From Azolla caroliniana (Eukaryota; Plantae; Polypodiophyta): a stretch of 64,000 nt of DNA. The notes beneath the pieces are model-generated. The model was not told the origin of the DNA and ran no database searches. It saw only the letters and a list, made by a program, of their open reading frames with translations. The position numbers and the translations under genes are program-made. Shown in pieces: positions 60,806 to 64,000 of the stretch. Where the stretch lies: positions 1,860,001-1,924,000 of the forward strand of contig JBHGNT010000009.1 in the NCBI GenBank assembly GCA_043228905.1. Direction: 5' to 3'. The first letter of the stretch is position 1. Every line of letters begins with the position of its first letter.

Positions 60806-63800
60806 TGTCAGAACCAAGGATAAAAGATAGAGTGATGGAAGAAGGATATTAGAGAACACGAGAAGAAAGGAACCAAATACTAAGAGAAGAATGGATTTAT
60901 AAGATAGAGAAAGAAAGAGAATGGATACAAGATATGTAATGAGAGCTAAAGACTGGTGTTGATTCGAATTGATTTGAGAATACATGTATGCCCTTATTTA
61001 TAGGTTCCTATAGAATAGCTTAGAGATTTCTAGAATTTTCTAGAATGTTCTAGGACATTCGAGAACATTCTAGAATAATCTAGAGGTTTTACAATAATCA
61101 ATGTAATACAAGAAGTAGCTTTTATTGTTTCATATAACAATAAGCTATATTAATGGTTGAGGTTTTCAAGTATGGATTACAAGGTTCGAGGTTCAAGTCC
61201 GGGTGACGCCATAATGGTCATGTGTTCATGACACTATCCCTCCTTCGAGAACGCCGAGTGGAAGTCGGCGTTAACATTGTTGGGCCGGGCTTGTTTGGAT
61301 AGTGACGATGGAAGTCCTTGACCAAAGCTTCAACATTACAAACGTTATCAATGGGTTCCCAAGTGCGATCACTGGGAGGATAGCCAAGACAATCCACTAG
61401 ATAATAAAGCTTACTGTGCACAATCTTAGAATCGAGAATAGCAGCTTCCTCGTATTCGGGGCCGTCCACAAGTTGTACAGAAGGCGGTGGTGGCACGACA
61501 CGATTAGGAATTAAAGAGGTGCGGCAAGGTTCCAAAAGAGAGCTATGAAAGATAGGGTGAAGCCGCATATGTGTAGGAAGGTTAAGACGAAATGTTGCAT
61601 CATTAATCTGCGCCGTGATGACAAAAGGACCTAAGCGTTGATAGTCAAGCTTAGCACACGGTTGGGTAGTCTTGATGTGACGACGAAGCAACCATACACG
61701 GTCACCAACCTTAAATGGAGACTTAAGACGATGTCGATCGGCATTGGTCTTATGGTGTGCTTGCGCTTTTTGAAGATGGGACGATAACTCGAACTGGATT
61801 TGTTATAGGCGGTGGAGATGATGCGCCGCACTAGGGTTTCGTCACACCTCGGGAAGATCCAGTATACACCGTCGAGGGTGGTTGCCAGTGTAGGCAAAGA
61901 AAGGTGTAACTTTGGTAGAAGAGTGAAACGTGTTGTTGTATGCAAACTCGGCAAGATGTAAAATATTACTCCAATCATCTTCTTGATAACTAATGAAACA
62001 TCGAAGATATTGCTGGAGTGTTTGATTTGTGCACTCTGTTTGTCCGTCAGTTTGTGGATGATAAGCCGAAGAGAGTTTGCAAGAGATTTTGAGGCCTGCC
62101 CATAGGTGCTTCCAAAAGTGTGAGATAAATTGAGGACCTCGATCGCTAATAATATCATTCGGGAGACCATGATGACGAAACACTTCACGCATAATGAGAT
62201 CTGCAGTTTCTTTACTATTGATGGTCTTTACACATGGTACAAAATGTGCCATCTTGGTGAACCGATCCACTACTGTTAAAATAGTATCAAAGCCTTTGGA
62301 AGGTGGCATATCCGTAATGAAATCCATAGAAATAGACTGCCATGGCTTGTTGGGAGGGGGTAATGGTTGTAGTAAGCCATAAGGGTGATGCCGGGGTATT
62401 TTGGCGCGATAGCAGGTGTCACAAGTGCGAACATAATCTTTGACAAATTTTTGCAAGTGAGGCCACCAAAAGGAACGTTTCACCAGCTCAATGGTCTTGG
62501 AAATACCAAAATGTCCAGCCATGGGGGCATCATGACAATGTTCCAACACTTGAAGTCGGGGTGATCCGTCGGGGACGTAAAGGAGATTCTTGTAGAAGAG
62601 TAAGCCATCTTGCCACTGGAAGTGCTAATACTGTTGAGATGACCCTGGCAATGTGGAGCAAGATGGACAACTTGAACCACAGTGGGCTAAGACATCCTTA
62701 ACGAAATCATCCAAATGAAGTTGTTGCTGAATAGTGTCAAGAAGGGTAGAATCAAGTGGCGTGGCATAAATTGTTGTTACCTGTAGCTTTGATGGCCTGA
62801 GAAGAATTTGCTTTTGATTGTTAAAGGCTAGATCTCCAGGTCGAAATGCTAGATACGAATGCCGAGACAAAGCATCTGCTTTCCCTTGTTCTTTTCCGGG
62901 GCGAAAAATGATCTTGAAATCGAAACGCGTTAGAAATTGGGCCCACCGAGCTTGGCGTCTATTTAATACTCGAGTTGTTTGAAAATATGTGAGATTTTTG
63001 TGATCACTATAAATGATAATCTGATGAGGTGATCCTTCTAGAAAATGACGCCATTGCTCGAATGAGTCGACCACAGCTAGTAACTCCTTGTCATGCACCT
63101 CATAGTTTATCTTCGAAACAATAAATTTTCTCGAGTGAAACGCAACAGGATGTGTCTGCCCGTCCTCGCCTGGTTGCGATAGGATACTCCCCAATGCGAA
63201 GTCTGATGCATCTGCCTCAATAGTAAATGGCTTTTCAGGATCAATATGTGCTAGGATGGGTGCTGATGTGAATGCCTCTTTCAGTTGCGTAAAAGCCTTG
63301 TCCGCTTCAATACTCCAAAAAAATGCTTGATTTTTCTTGGTGAGTTGAGTAAGGGGCAGCACAATGCTTGAATAATTATGTATGAATTTGCGATAGAAGT
63401 TCGCAAATCCGAGGAAACACTAGACATCCCGAACTGAGCATGGGGGTTTCCATTCCAATATTGTTTGGACTTTTGCTGGGTCCATGAAAACACCCTGGGA
63501 TGAAATAGTGTATCCCAAAAATTCGACTTGTTTACAATCAAAACTGCATTTCTCAAGTTTGGCATAAAGACCATACTTCCTTAGGCGTTCAAGTACTTGC
63601 CGCACATGTATATCATGCTCCCCCTGTGTTTTAGAGTAAATCAATAGATCATCTAGGTAGATGATTAGAAAAATATCCAAGAAATCCCAGAAGATGTCAT
63701 TTGCCATATGTTGGAATACTGTAGGTGCATTTGTGAGCCCGAAAGGCATGACTGTATACTCGAAATGACCATACCGAGTACGAAATGTTGTTTTCCACTC

Positions 63801-64000
63801 ATCTCCCGGCCGAATTCGAACAAGATTATATGCACCCCTTAGATCAATTTTGGTAAAATGCTTTGCCCCACCAATGCGTTCTAAGAGATTGGAGATTAAA
63901 GGTAAAGCATACCTATTCCTTATGGTGACTTTATTTAAGCCTCGATAGTCCACGACCAAACGAAGGGAGCCGTCCTTTTTCTTCACAAAAAAGATAGGAG
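60806..64000 (-). mobile_element. Chromovirus family 2, copy D (3' LTR 60806-61233, PPT, chromodomain-IN-RH-RT); continues past the window
   Basis: Near-identical inverted counterpart of 49886-53094. Confidence 0.95.

Noticed and set aside
61139-61211. Functional tRNA gene in the LTR (ends ...GACGCCA)
   Set aside because: Acceptor, anticodon and T stems pair poorly; kept only as a Pol III-promoter-like cassette.

Overview
Eukaryotic land-plant genomic DNA; a fern or other non-seed plant is inferred from the intron microsatellites and the TE types, not proven. The first 21 kb hold three intron-containing genes on the minus strand: a SNAP25/SNAP33-like Qbc-SNARE, an AXR4-like alpha/beta-hydrolase and a pectin acetylesterase. 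That region also has two 8-bp-TSD hAT-type non-autonomous elements and a solo LTR. 21-31 kb is mostly degenerate DNA, including a PPR pseudogene and a tandem array. 31.5-64 kb is a nested TE cluster: chromodomain Ty3/Gypsy elements (Tcn1/Tf1-sushi-like) of two families in four copies, two GC-rich tRNA-Trp-primed gag-only LTR elements, and LINE fragments. The most notable signal is the shared LTR architecture of the two chromovirus families: an antisense tRNA-like Pol III A-box/B-box cassette at exact tRNA spacing at the LTR 5' end, heat-shock-element arrays, and a co-varying self-priming primer/PBS pair. One copy contains what looks like a fossilised self-primed minus-strand strong-stop cDNA that ends exactly at the predicted nt 11/12 cleavage site. 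All calls were made by eye; no searches were run.
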